Below are positions 10,716 through 23,626 of a stretch of 53,929 nt of DNA, one piece after another. Within the stretch, counting starts at the first letter, position 1, and every line of letters begins with the position of its first letter. A program made the position numbers and the translations under genes. The notes beneath the pieces were generated by a model. That model ran no database searches. It was not told where the DNA came from and worked only from the letters and a program-made list of their open reading frames with translations. Source of the DNA: Prorocentrum cordatum (taxonomy: Eukaryota); assembly GCA_963575745.1 (NCBI GenBank), contig CAUYUJ010000282.1, forward strand, positions 62,001-115,929, written 5' to 3'.

Positions 10716-12898
10716 GAGGTGGGGAAGAAGAGGGGGGGAGGGAGAAGAGGAGGGAGAAGGTAGAGGAGCAGAGAGAAAAGGAGGGAGGAGGGAGAGAAGG
10801 GATGAGGGAGAGGACATAGGATGTTCAGCTCGGAGCGGGAGGGGACCATACAGAAAAGAGACCGTGGGAGACCGATGGATCGAGGTACGTGCAGTGCCGC
10901 TGCATAAGAATGATGCACTCGCACTGGCTTCGCAACGGTGGCACTGATCAGGACCCTGTTGGGGATAGCGAGCGCGCCGTCGAGGGTGGGATCGATGTAT
11001 AGCGGCTTTGCGTGCACTCCTCTGATGTCGCTCACTCCTCCTCTCTTCGGCCTTCTCATCCTCATTCTCCTCCTCCTCATCTCTCCTCCTCTTCCCTTTC
11101 TCCTTATCCCCCTCCCCATCCTCCCCTCCTCGCCCTCATCCTCTTCCTCCTCCGTCTCCTCTTCGCCTCGCCGACAGTCTGCTGCTTGCCCGTGGGAGGG
11201 AGGACTCGGCCGACAGCGACATCGACGACGACGCCTTGCAGAAATTCTTCGAGGCCGTCGAGGCACCCCATGAAGTGCAGAGTGACTCTGAGAACAGCGC
11301 GAAAGGGCCCGCGTCTGGCAGCACGGCGCTAGGGGGGTTGTAGAAGTTGGTGTTTGTGGCTGGTGATGGTGAGGTTGGTGATGCTGTTGTTATTGATGTT
11401 GTTGGTATTGTGTTAGTGGTGTTGTTGGTGCTGGTGGTGGTGTTGGTGTTGCTGGTGGTGTTGATGTTGCTGGTGTTGTTATTGTTGGTGATGGTGCTCG
11501 TGTTTGTGATGGTGTTGGCGTTGGTTTTGATGATGTTGGTACTGTTGGTGTTGGTGTTTGTGTTGGTGTAAGGTCGGTGTTGTGGTTCTTGCTGTTGTTG
11601 CTGTCGGTGATGGCGGTTTCGATGGTGTTGGCGGTGTTGGTGTTAGCGTTGTTGTGGTAGTTGGTGATGGTGTGTGTGTTGATGGTAGTGCTGGTGTTGA
11701 TGCTAGTGTTGCTGTCGGTGTTGGTGTAATGATGTTGTTGGTGTTGTTGGCACGTATGTTGTTGTTGATGTTGTTGGTGTTATGGTGTTGTTTTGTTGGT
11801 GTTTGTGTTGGTGGTGGTGTTGGTGGCGGTGGTGTTGGTTTGGGTGTTGGCGTTGATGTTGATGCTGTTGCTGGTGGTATAGTTGTTCTTGGTGCTGTTG
11901 CTGGCGTTGTTGTTGGTCGTGTTGCTGGCCCAGCCCTCCCGCCCCTTCCGACCCCCATTCCATGGCTCTCTCGCTGCAGCGCCCGCTTCGGAGACGGGAG
12001 GTGCAGATGGCGGGAATCCCGTTCGCGGAGAGCTTACTGAACGTGAAAGAAAAAAAGACAAAGAACAAAGAAAAAGCACGAGAAAGACAAGAAGAAAAAA
12101 CACAAGAAAGACAAGCGAGAAAAGAAGGACAAGGGCTCGGGCACCGCTGCGCCAATCACCATTGCACCACCTGTCGCGCCTGCCCCGACCACGCCGTGGC
12201 TGAGGAACCCTGCAGAAGATGCATCGAAACGCAAGATGAAACGCCCAGCAGCCAGCCCGATGAAACGCCCAGCAGCAGCGGCCAAACCAGCAGCGAAACC
12301 AGCAGCCAAACCAAACGCGGCAAAGAGTGACGAGGTCGAGGTGGATGAGGTCGAGCACTCGGAAGGAGCCGAGGGCGAAGAAGAGGAAGAGGAGAAGGAG
12401 GAGGATGAGATGGAGGAGGAGGAGGAGGATCAGGCCGATGGTGGAGCTGCCGCCGCAGCCGAGCAGAAGGCGCCCGAGGAGGAGGATCAGGAGGAGGAGG
12501 AGGCGGATCCCATGATGCACGGCGCGATGAGCGATGTCGAAGGGTTCTTCGATCCGAAGACGGGCTGGTTCAACTCTGATATCGATGGCACGGTGTACAC
12601 GTACAAAGTTCGGAGGCGTGGCGGCGAGGCGATCTCACGCGTGGACCTTCGCACAAGTGGTGGAAAATTCACGCAGCTGGTCCAAGACATGGACAAGCGC
12701 TGGGATGATGACACACAAAAGGCTCTAGGATACGAGGGTCGCCCAGATAAGCTAGCTATGGACCTCATGAGGTTCACCTGCAGGAAGTGCATCCTCGAGG
12801 GGTGCGTCTCAAAGGCTCGAGCCGTCGAGATTCGCGAGGAGATCCGCACGGAGTGGCTCCAAAAGGCGGCCGAATTGAATTCGGTCGCAGTCGACTGA
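8653..12898 (+). CDS. Cargo gene A: multi-exon protein of unknown function with MKRPAA basic repeats, an acidic tract and a globular C-terminal domain; possibly disabled
   Basis: Phase-compatible exons MAPPKEKG...SILAQ | AMLNTPEEGDPWPILL | GDVPDFKYSVYKFEHRAKMNEVQ | VFGTLMSEMQMIGNSHRFSQKTVME; an exon near 10427-10540 has an in-frame TAG before AAWDYAYKIKYVE; last exon lies in ORF 12236-12898. Middle exons unresolved. Confidence 0.55.
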
Positions 12899-13454
12899 CT
12901 GGTGGGATTGGGCAGCCATTAATGTGCAAGCAAAATGCGGGTTGGGAAAATAATGAGGAGGGGGATGCAATGAGGAGGTGAGAAAACGTGGGGGGTGAGG
13001 GCGAGGAGGGGGAGGAGGAGGGAGATAAAGATGAGGAGGAGGAGGATAAGGAGGAGTAGGATGAGGAGGAGCAGGATGATACAGAGGAGGACAATGAGGA
13101 GGGGGAGGAGAAGGAGGAGGATGAGGACAAAGAGGAGGATCCATGATGCGGGTTGTGGCATTCGGCTCTCTCACTCTCTCACGCTCGCTATTCCTGCGCA
13201 CTTGCTGCAGTGCACGTGTGATCATCTTGAGTTCCAGTCCAGTCGCCATCTCTGCCCCTCGATCCTCAGCCGCCCCAACGGGGAGGTGGCGAAGAGAAGC
13301 GCAAAGAAAGAAAGGAAAGCTCGGGCATCTACGACCGTCGCTGGCGGAGGTTCCCTTGCCGAGGAGGGGGGTGAGGATGGGGGGGATGAGAAGGGGCAGG
13401 AAGAGGATAACGATCGAGGATTACCAGGATTAGAATTATCGCAATTGTGGCATA

Positions 13455-13782
13455 AAAGCGTGAAGCTCAGCAACGATGTCCCGCAGGCCTAATTAGGGGT
13501 GAAGTTTTCGCAAGCGTCAAGCTAAACAGCGTGAAACTCAGCAGCGTGAAATTCAACAGCTTATAGTACCCATCATCATCATCATCAGCAGCAGCATCAT
13601 CATTATCATCATCACCATCATGAAGCTCGGCAGCGTTCAATTGACACATAAAGCTCAACAACTTTTACAAGCCCATTAGTATGAAGCTCATCCGCGTGAA
13701 GTTCACCAACTTCTAGGTCCACGCGCGTTCAAGCGTGAAGCTCAGCAGCGTGAAGTTATCACAGGCGTGAAGCTCAGCACCT
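13455..13782. repeat. Dispersed/tandem ~15-bp GCGTGAAGCTCAGCA repeats
   Basis: About ten variants of GCGTGAA(G/A)(C/T)TCA between cargo genes A and B. Confidence 0.7.
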
Positions 13783-13898
13783 TAGAGCCTCCATCATCAT
13801 CGCGAGTAGCATCAGCGTCATTATCAACATCATCTCCGTCGCTGCCATCCATCACCTGGCATCCGTAGACATTTTGTCTCAGATTTTCGTTGCGAGCC

Positions 13899-14351
13899 AT
13901 GGCCTCGCCCTGGCGTGAGATGTTCTGGATGCGCATAGAAGATGGCGCGGCAGAAAAAAGGAGGAGGCTCGAGGACGCCGCGCACGCGCTCGAGGACGAC
14001 CCGCACGGCGCCCAGGGCAACGGGGACAGTTACGAGCTCATGGGGTGGATGGGCTCGCGCATGCACATATGCGCAGGACCTGAAGTACGGCGTGGATCGA
14101 TGGCGTGGCCGGCGTCGACAGGGTCGAGCACGATCGAGGCCAAGGGCCAGGACGATGCGCCGACGACGCCGACGACGGAGATGATCAAGGCCAAGGGCGT
14201 CGCGACGCCGACGACGCCGACGACGGAGATGATCAAGGCCAAGGTCGCGACGCCGACGACGGCGGGCACCGACTTCAAGGGCGACGTCGCAGCCGATGTC
14301 ATCGAGATCGTGTCGAGCGCAGATGAGATCGAGAGCCCAGACGGTCTTTAG
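13899..14351 (+). CDS. Cargo gene B candidate: ~150-aa ORF with internal PTTPTTEMIKAK repeats
   Basis: ATG at 13899 (MASPWREMFWMRIEDG...), GC-rich third positions, ends VIEIVSSADEIESPDGL*; no known domain. Confidence 0.35.
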   Translation: MASPWREMFWMRIEDGAAEKRRRLEDAAHALEDDPHGAQGNGDSYELMGWMGSRMHICAGPEVRRGSMAWPASTGSSTIEAKGQDDAPTTPTTEMIKAKGVATPTTPTTEMIKAKVATPTTAGTDFKGDVAADVIEIVSSADEIESPDGL

Positions 14352-15010
14352 GGGGGGCGTGGCGCTGACCACGCGCTGTAGCGCAAGGGGAAAACTTCCA
14401 CGATCATCGAGATCATCATCGCCCCCCCTATACTCGAGTTCGGGGGCGCCGACAGATCTCAGAGCAGATCTGGGAGCTTCCGATTGAGTGTGATTCGTCA
14501 GGTTGGGAGGATATAGGAGGAAGAGGAAGATGAGGAGGAGGAAAGGAAGGAGGAGGATAATGGGGAAGGGGAAGGAAGAGGAGGATGAGCAAGTGGGGGA
14601 GTGATCCGCGCCAGGCCGATATGGCAACTACGTCCTGCTCAACACCTTCAGCATACTCCGCGCCTGAGCGCAATGGGACCCGCACTGCAGTTTCTAGGTT
14701 CGCATGCTTGTATGTGCACGCACACATGTTCACACTGTATGTGTATACATGGATGTACGGATTCATACATGAGTGAATGCTCCACGTGCACGGTGCACGT
14801 CAATGCTTGCTTGGAGTGCGGAGTTGGCCAATTGGGCTAGATCTTGATCGCCACTCGCCCGCCTCTTCGAGCCGCACCGCCTCGCAGCTCTGCGCTCCCA
14901 AGTGGTTCTGAGTAAGCCTGTCGACCGCAGTGCGTTCTGACGATCGGCCAGCGCGCACGTCGATTAGAAATGCATTGCCGTGGATTGCTTCCGCAGTCGG
15001 GAGAACGAGA

Positions 15011-15044
<34 letters not shown>

Positions 15045-15108
15045 CACGAACCCAGTAGAGAGATAGAGAGGGGGAAACAGAGAGAGAGACAGGGAGGAGA
15101 GAGATACC

Positions 15109-15139
<31 letters not shown>

Positions 15140-15387
15140 CTACATCCATACGTATAGGCATACCCCATATGACGTGCCTGCGTGCATAAATAGCTCGAGG
15201 GGCGGGTAGAGGTACCAACGCACATATATTATATATACATAGATATACATATATGGGGATCAAGGTAGCAGCGCATGAAGTCGAGATAACATGCTTGTCA
15301 AGAACTTGTTGATGGACTCAGCGAGTTTTCAAGGGTGGCATCTTGTTGGCATGGCCGCGCGGTTTCAGGGGTGGCAGCTTGATGGAC

Positions 15388-15872
15388 TCAGCTCGGTTTC
15401 AGGGGTGGCATCTTGTTGGCATCTTGTTTCTCCCGCTGAGTCTGGACCCTGTGTTCTTGCACTTGTCTGATCACCCACCCGCGCATGAGATCCGAGAAGG
15501 CTTCATAGGAAGCCGTATTCTCTCGAGAGTGTTTTGGGGAAGTCGACTCCCGAAGAAGTGGCAGCAGGCGAATAGGGCGCAACAGCATATAGAACAATAT
15601 CGACGGCTGTGGAGGCATGCGGAGGAATGATGTTGGCCAGCGTACGGGGAAGGGACAATGCTCATCCATGGGAGTCACCTTATATAGAGACCAGGCCTTA
15701 ACCTTACGCCACCTCGCGATGATGTCGCATGCGTGTGCGTGTGTGTGCGCGCGTTTGTGTGGGTGTGTGTCTGTGTGCATGCGTGTGCGTGCGTGTGTAC
15801 ACGTGTGCATGTGCGTCATGTTTACATGCGTGCTTACGCATTCACGCGTACATATACATATGTACATTTATA

Positions 15873-15903
<31 letters not shown>

Positions 15904-16728
15904 GCGCACGTGTGCGCGCATACACGTATATGTGTGTATGTGTTTAAATATAAACGTACAGACCTATATACCTATATGAACATATGTGCGTGTGTGTGCG
16001 TGTTCATATACGTGCTTGCCTCTATGTATACGTGTATATGCATAGACTCACCTCTACAGCCATGTGTGCTTAACAAATGCATGCAATTATATATATATAT
16101 ATATATATGTATGTATACACAAATATGGGTGCACATGTATCTACATATATACATATATATATATATAACAGGTGCGTGCATCTATATACATAGATATGCA
16201 TGCCTATGCGTGTGTACGTATTTCTCTCTGTATAAATATATAGGTGCGTGTTTCTCTATGTATATTTGTAGGAATGCACAACTGTATATGTATATATAAT
16301 AAAAAAAAAGGTGTGTGAATCTATGCGCATTCATACGTGCATGATTGCGTGCGTGTGCAACGATGTGTGTATACATACGTGCACATATATGTACGTGTGC
16401 ATGTGTATGTGTAAAAGATTGCGTGCGTATACGTGTATGTGTGCATACATGCTCGCGTGCGCGTGGGGGGCATCAGAACTTTAAACAATTCCCTACGCCA
16501 TCTTGCAATGCCCCATATAATCAACATAAACACTGGTTTTCTAGTTCTGGGTCGGGGCGTCGCTTTCGTTTTTTGCTTGGGGGGGGGGCAGAGGCGAACC
16601 ATTAATTGCAAAGGGGGCAAGATGGCGTAGGGCATTTTCGGTCTGGTCTCTAATGGCGCGCGCCCGCCCGCGCCGCAGGTGCAAGCGAGCCTCGAGAGCA
16701 TCGGGGCGCCCTCCTGCTGGACCGACAT
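15388..16728 (-). CDS. Cargo gene C candidate: small spliced gene of unknown function
   Basis: Exon 16728-16691 (MSVQQEGAPMLS, AG|GC donor, phase 2) joins exon 15712-15679 (RWRKVKAWSLYK, AG|GT); downstream ENTASYEAFSDLMRGWVIRQVQEHRVQTQREKQ. 3' end uncertain. Confidence 0.35.
16491..16632. mobile_element. 142-bp MITE-like element with perfect 16-bp inverted repeat
   Basis: CCCTACGCCATCTTGC at 16491-16506 and GCAAGATGGCGTAGGG at 16617-16632; no clean target duplication. Confidence 0.55.
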
Positions 16729-17064
16729 GACTTCCGACTTACGTGATTTACATGATGGCGGTGGTCTCTTTTTTGATTTTGCACAATGGCCGATCGAGCG
16801 GGCTTCGGAATCGGGGCACCGCGGGTTCGGGTGGACGTTGGGTCTTGGGTTGGTTCGATGGGCATTCACCTTAAGGGGATCTACCGACCCCTTGAGATGA
16901 AAGCCCGTTGAGCCAACCCAATACACCAACCGCCGCCTGCTCCCGCGCTGCCCCCACTTCCAAACCCTGGTAAACGCACGAAACCGTGCGCTAGCCACGC
17001 GACAGTGCGCCAACTGTCGCGTAGTTAGCGTTCGTTACCGTGCGTTCATCACTCGGCCCATAGC

Positions 17065-17595
17065 GCGTTATCTTGCGTTATATCGTGCGTGTCGTATTTT
17101 CGTGGCTTTATAAGGTAAATTCACCGTGCGTTTATCTTGCGTTTATCGTGCGTTTATCTTGCGTTTATCGTGCGTTTATATTGCGTTTATCGTGCGTTTA
17201 TCTTGCGTTTATCGTGCGTTTGTCTTGCGTTTATCGTGCGTTTATCGTGCGTTTATCTTGCGTTTATCGTGCGTTTATCGTGCGTTTATCGTGCGTTTAT
17301 CGTGCGTTTATCTTGCGTTTATCGTGCGTTTATCGTGCGTTTATCGTGCGTTTATCTTGCGTTTATCGTGCGTCTATCGTGCGTTTATCGTGCGTTTATC
17401 TTGCGTTTATCGTGCGTTTATCTTGCGTTTATCGTGCGTTTATCGTGCGTTTATCGTGCGTTTACCTTGCGTTTATCGTGCGTTTATCGTGCGTTTATCT
17501 TGCGTTTATCGTGCGTTTATCGTGCGTTTCGATTTTCGTGAGTTTATCTTGCGTTTATTGTGCGTTTATCGTGCGTTTATCGTGCGTTTCGTTTT
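17065..17595. repeat. 11-bp minisatellite (TTTATC[G/T]TGCG)n running into the gap
   Basis: More than 40 tandem copies directly visible. Confidence 0.95.
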
Positions 17596-17695
17596 NNNNN
17601 NNNNNNNNNNNNNNNNNNNNNNNNNNNNNNNNNNNNNNNNNNNNNNNNNNNNNNNNNNNNNNNNNNNNNNNNNNNNNNNNNNNNNNNNNNNNNNN
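17596..17695. other. Assembly gap (100 N)
   Basis: Run of exactly 100 N, usually a placeholder for unknown length. Confidence 0.99.
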
Positions 17696-18696
17696 CCCCG
17701 ATCGCGCCGCAGGGATCGAAGTTTGGCATTGATCGATTTTGCATTGCGCCGAATTGGCCTGCTGTTGCCACGCGTTGATCCGCGCGCGGGGTGCGTTGCA
17801 TCGAACGGCTCACCGATCCTGCACGACGTCGTCGTCATAGGTGTCGCTGCGCTTGCGTTTGCTTGGCATTGCATTGCAAGCCGTACCGTGGACGGGGGAC
17901 GACGACAATCGAGAAACTGCCTGGAAAGGAAGTGCGTCTTCCCTCCCTCTCACGTTTGTATGCATGTATAAACGAAGTAATACGAGGAGAACAAAACGCA
18001 AATGCACAGTACTGCTTATTGGGAGTAGCATGTAATGCGTGTGTGCCCACGGCCAGGCATATTTTCGCCCGCAGGCCGACGTTTGCTTTCGATATGGTCT
18101 GTCACCTTAAGTGTATATATATATATATATATGTATACATAGTTGTGTGCATATATTCATATTTATATACACACAGATACGCATATGCCCTTTTTGGGTT
18201 CATTCTCGGGGGTGGCATGGCCTCTCTTGGGCGGGTTCAACTATATATATATACATGCACATATATTCATGCATGTGCAAACACATGAGTAAATGTACAA
18301 CCATTTCCATATGCATACCTGTCTATATGTTGTTACACACGCATGCATAAACTTATCTTCTAAGCATACTTGTATACATATACATACATGAGTACACACA
18401 GATGTTATGTATATATCAATGGAATATACAATGTACATACGTGTATATCTAAGCACTTGTATATATATATATATATGTACACATGTCACCAGTTGACAGG
18501 GTGCTCCGGTTTGGGCCGGATCTCGTCGTTTCTAACGTTCCTTGGCGTATACGCTGCGGCACACCATCGCTTCGAAGTGGCGTGAATTCCGACAGGGCCA
18601 GTTGCAACAGCTATGATTGCTCGTGAGCTTTGGTTGCTTGTTGACACGTTTCCGTCCATGCATTCCTCTGGGTTGAGGGGGGCGATACTGGGACCC

Positions 18697-21600
18697 ATGC
18701 CGCCAAAGGGTACGCGTGGCAAGAAGAACGCAAAGGCGAAGGCGAAGCAAAGACCTCCACGAAACCCAGAGAACCGCGAACACACGAATGAGCTGGCGAG
18801 GATGAGGTACTCAATGGGGGGTGGTTGCACCAGCAATGGGGGGACGAACCCGACCATGATCAAACAGAATCCTCTGGGAGGAATTGTGTCTTCCAGGGGA
18901 AACGATGGGAACTGCGTTTCGCTGCTGTGTGTAAGGATATATCGGTCCGCAAGTGCGATCAATGCGTATGCATGTACATGTCCATGCACGTACACAGTGT
19001 GTTATATACTATATACACATATATGTGCCATTATCCTTGTCTTTGTGTACGATCGGCATGATTCGATGTACACACGAACATCGCAGACGGTTGAGCATGC
19101 ACATACACATTTTCGGGAGGGAGGTACGCTCTCTCAAAGGACCGCAAGCACTGGCTCGAAGCTTTCACGAAAGCTTCAAGGAACGAGAAAAAAAGGTGGA
19201 TGAAAGTCTGGTTCGAGACAGGCAACCACTGGTCATCGTTATCGATTCGTTTGCACTGTATGCCGATCTGGGCTGAGAGTAATATGTGCTCAGGATGAAA
19301 TTGTCAGGCGTGCGTGTCCCATTCAATCCCATCTAAATGGTAGCATTCGATATATCATCCTGCCCCCAGTGCAGCGCTCCCGCTCCGTTGGTTGATGTGC
19401 GTGGCTGTCGCCCCCCGCGAGGCGACTGGGATAAAGTGCAGGCAGTGAAAGAGGAATACGAAGAGAAGAGGGTGGAAAAAAGAAAGCATGGCGAGTGGCA
19501 GTCGGGGGCCATCAAATCCTGCTCGTTTGAGGGAGGACAGGGGGAGGGGAGGAACGGCAGAACAGAACGCAAAAGGAAGGACAAGGGGGGGGCAGGATGG
19601 AGCTCGACACTCAGGGCTGTGGCAAAACAACAAAAAACGCTAGGTGGTGATGCCCAATGCTATCCGAATCGTTCTAACCACCTTTTGGTTGCATACTATG
19701 CGGAACTACCTGATTCCATCGTTTCTTCACGCCCGACATATATATATATATATGTTGTTTGGCACCATGCCCAGGTTGACGTCCCAGGGCATCCTGGTGT
19801 CCCTGGGCTGGCGCCCTGAGATTGCGGAGACGGAGTTCGGCCAGATGCCGCACGCTCAGACTTGCGGATTGACATTGTTACGGGAAGTGGTCAAGTCTAT
19901 ATGCAGCAACTCGCAGTCTCACATCCTAGGTGTATCTTGACTTGTTGAAGCTTACGTCTTGAACGTGCACGTCCTATGTGTATCTTCACTTGTTGAAGCG
20001 TGTGTCTACTTTTTGAGCGTGCGCATCCTATGTGTATGTTGACTTGTAGCAGATTCGGTCACGCAGCCTATGTGTATCTTGACTTGCTGAATCGTACTTC
20101 TTGAGCGTGCATCCCTCGACCATTGAGGCTAAAGGCGCAGCAGGAGAACATCATGGCCTATTGCGAGGCGGTGCCAGATCACACCAAGGCTCGCCCCGCC
20201 GAGAACAGGTTGCCATATCAACGTTGCCATGACAGTCTCCGAGCGGATCGATTTGCCATCGTTGCCATGTATCGTTGTCGTAGCATCGCTGTTGTCATAT
20301 ATCGTCATCGTAACATCGATGTTGCATCGTAGTCTTTGGGCTGGCATTGCCATAGTGCGTCGTTGCAGTGCCGTCGTTTAGCGAGCGTCCGATCACTATC
20401 ATAGCAGTCGGCCCTCGCCATCACCTCTCCACTCACCCCGATTGCGCTGACCGACGACCGCCCCCGCCCCCAGTCTCATCCGCAACATGGTTGCAAGCTG
20501 TACCGCAAGATCGACCTGACGGACGACGAGATCGACGCGCGCCAGCCTGCTCTTTCTTGTTTGAGCCGCGGGAGGGGGAATCAGGCGCAACATTGCTCGA
20601 TTGAGGTTGTCGATTGTGCATGCTTCATATATTATACGTGTACACACACAGATACATGCGTTCATAGCACGCGTACATGCGCGTATATACGTGCACACAC
20701 ATATACACACCTACAGACGTATACACACATCAGTAGTCACCCACGTAAGCACATACATACACTCGCATATACCAACACATCCACATATATGCATATACAT
20801 ACATACTTGCATACATGCATACATGCGCATACACACAATACGCATACCTATATACATACGCATGTATTATATGCATACGTACATACCTGCACACATACGC
20901 ACATCTGCATACATACGCATATACATGCATACGCATACATACATACATACATACATACATACATACATACGTATACGCAGGCATGCATAGATACGCATGC
21001 ATATAATACATGCATACGCATACATACATTGACACACGCATACATACATACATGCATTTGTATACATGCGTCCATGCATACACACATGCATCCATACGCC
21101 CGTCGTCTGGCTGTCATACATACATGCATACAAACATACATACATATGCATACACATACGTACATACATGCATGCATATATGCATATGCATACATACATA
21201 CGCGTACATACATGCAATCCAGCCTTAACGCTGACATACCTACGCAGGTGCATACAACCACATACATACATGTATATATATACATATATCAATATACCTG
21301 TCCACGCATAGTTACCCACATACATATATGTACTAATACACGCAGATGCACACGTATTCACACATGCATACATACTTGCATACATGCACGTATGCACATC
21401 CATACACACGTATATGCATTCGCATTCAGCCGCGATCGGACCGCAGAGGCATGAACTCGTCGCAAATAACATACCTATAAGTATATCTAGCTTGCCTGGC
21501 GCCAGGCGCACACCAAGAAGATCGGCAGCCGCATGACAGGCAAAGACGTGGACGTGAACAACTACCCGTCGACGCAGAAGAGGGCCAAGGCACGGCAGGG

Positions 21601-23626
21601 GCTTCGGGTCAACTGGTGCAACTCGCGCTCAGTCTCTGTCTCTCGCTCTCTCTCCCCCTCTCTCTTGCTACGGTGAGAGGCACATTGTATATACATGTTG
21701 ATGCGCATGCGTATCATATATACATACATGCACATGCACATGTGCATGACATGTACGCGTATACAACGCACGCGTGCACTTGCACGAAGAGGCGGCATCC
21801 ACGTCATATATGCATGCACGTGCACGCGCACGTATCGATATACACGTAGACGCATATACACATTTAGTAAACGTACAAAGGGATACGTATACATGCCAAT
21901 GCCCGTTGTATGCGCGCATACGTGATTGTACTTCGGTCCGTGCGGGGTCGGTGTCCATGGCCCCAAAGATCGGATAGGGGCGGATAGGTCGAGCCCGCGT
22001 CGGACAAGGAGAGCGAGAGCGAGTATTCCAGCTCGTACGCCAGCTACTCGGATTCTGAGGAGGAGCACTCACTTGCATGTATGCGCTCCCACCGCCCCTT
22101 CAATCAATATCCAACCCTCCTTGATCCTCCTATCCTGTCCTGCCTCGCCCACCCCAGCCAGACTACAGGGCGCTCGCATCCGTCCAATTGGTATCTCCAG
22201 GAGGCCGATCCTGGCGCAGCTTCGTCAAGCAGCAAGTGCAAGTGGGCAGTGGAGTTGGCCGAGCTTCTGGGGGAGTGCACGAAAATGACGGGGGTCATCA
22301 ATTCTTACCAGGTGTGCGGGGGGGCATCAGGATACGGTTGCAACTTACAGCGAGCCACAATGACATCCGAATTCGAGCGAGTTGCGATGGTGAGCGTGTC
22401 TGCCCAGCACGGGGAATGGCATCTTAACACCTCCTCCTCCTCATCCTCCTCCTCCGGATCCGTTTGGTACGTCTTTCCCTCGGTGATGTCTCATGCATGT
22501 TCTAACATGGTTTAGAACATGTGTGGCGTCGGCGACATAGCTCCTCCTCCTCCTCCTCCTCATCCTCCTCCTCCTCCTCCCCCTTGGCCTCATCAATGTC
22601 ATCCAGCATCGTGTTTGTGGTGTTTGACCCCCCCCGTCATTCATCATCGAAGCATTTGGGGTCCAACATCCGAGGTCATCATCCTTCACCCGTGCTGTGA
22701 GCGTCCGCATGTGTATGGTGCGCGCTGCTTTTCACGTCATTTTTGGTGGGAATTGAAGGGGAGGTGAAGGCAAAAGACACGGGCTGCTTGGCCGCCTTCG
22801 AACCCCAGATGAAGGAAAATATCAACACGCTGGCAGAAGCCCAGAAAGGCTTGACGTGCATGATCCAAGGGAAGTCCTTACCTTAGAATCGCCACCATAT
22901 ACATATGTATATATATATGTATATATATATATATGTATATATATGTATACGTATATATATATATACATGTATATGTATATACACACGCATGTGATTGGCA
23001 TCGTTAGTGGGACTGTTCCCTTGCATTGTTGGTGCGAGTTCGTGTGCATGCCCACTCCTCGCGCCAAGGTCGGACCCCGACGCATCAGATGCGAAGGAAG
23101 CCATCGCGGAGGCGTTAGCGGCGCCCTTTTGTTGCTGCCTCTGATTCCCCTCGTTATCGATATCCCCAAAGAACACATATCAGAAGCACATATGGTTTCT
23201 CACGGTATGTTTCCTTGAGGGCCTTTTTTTCGCTGTCCTCAGGCCCCTGGGGGGCACGAAAGATCTTGGCTGGGTCTACCACTCTTGTGATTGCGGTAAT
23301 CGTGGTGTAATCCTCTTCCTCCTCCTCCTCCTCCTCCATCGTCGTCGTTGTCCTCCTCCTCCTCCTCCTCCTCCTCCTCCTCCTCCTCCCCTGGAGCTCC
23401 TCCTCCTCCTCTGCTCCTCCCCTGGAGCTCCTCGTGTTCCTCTTCATCCTCCTTCTCCTCCTCCTCCTCCTCCTCCTCCTCCTCCCCCCACGCGTGGCGC
23501 AGGCCGACGCGCTCGTGTCCATGCTGGGGCTTGTGGTCGAGTCGCTCGAGAAGGCAAATGCTGGGGCTTGTGGTCGAGTCGCTCGAGAAGGCAAAGTCGG
23601 CGATGACGCCGAAAAAGGGCAAGTGA
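18697..23626 (+). pseudogene. Cargo gene D: ~10-exon gene of unknown function, apparently disrupted in its 3' half
   Basis: First five exons splice in phase via GA/GC donors: MPPKGTRGKKNAKAKAK...NELAR | YALSKDRKHWLEAFTKASRNEKKRWMKVWFETG | DWDKVQAVKEEYEEKRVEKRKHGEW | LTSQGILVSLGWRPEIAETEFGQM | LKAQQENIMAYCEAVPDHTK. Exon at ~21450-21600 has a frameshift plus TAG; last exon has a 37-bp tandem duplication (23521/23558). Confidence 0.65.
19915..20112. repeat. Short intronic tandem repeat (~45 bp; CCTATGTGTATCTTGACTTG core)
   Basis: Four variants of CCTA(T/G)GTGTAT(C/G)TT(G/C)ACTTG. Confidence 0.7.

Noticed and set aside
17073..17971. Repetitive RLSCVYRAFIV membrane-like ORFs
   Set aside because: Translation of an 11-bp minisatellite across an N-gap.
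20561..21511. His/Thr/Tyr-rich ORFs
   Set aside because: (CA/TA/TACA)n intronic microsatellite within gene D.
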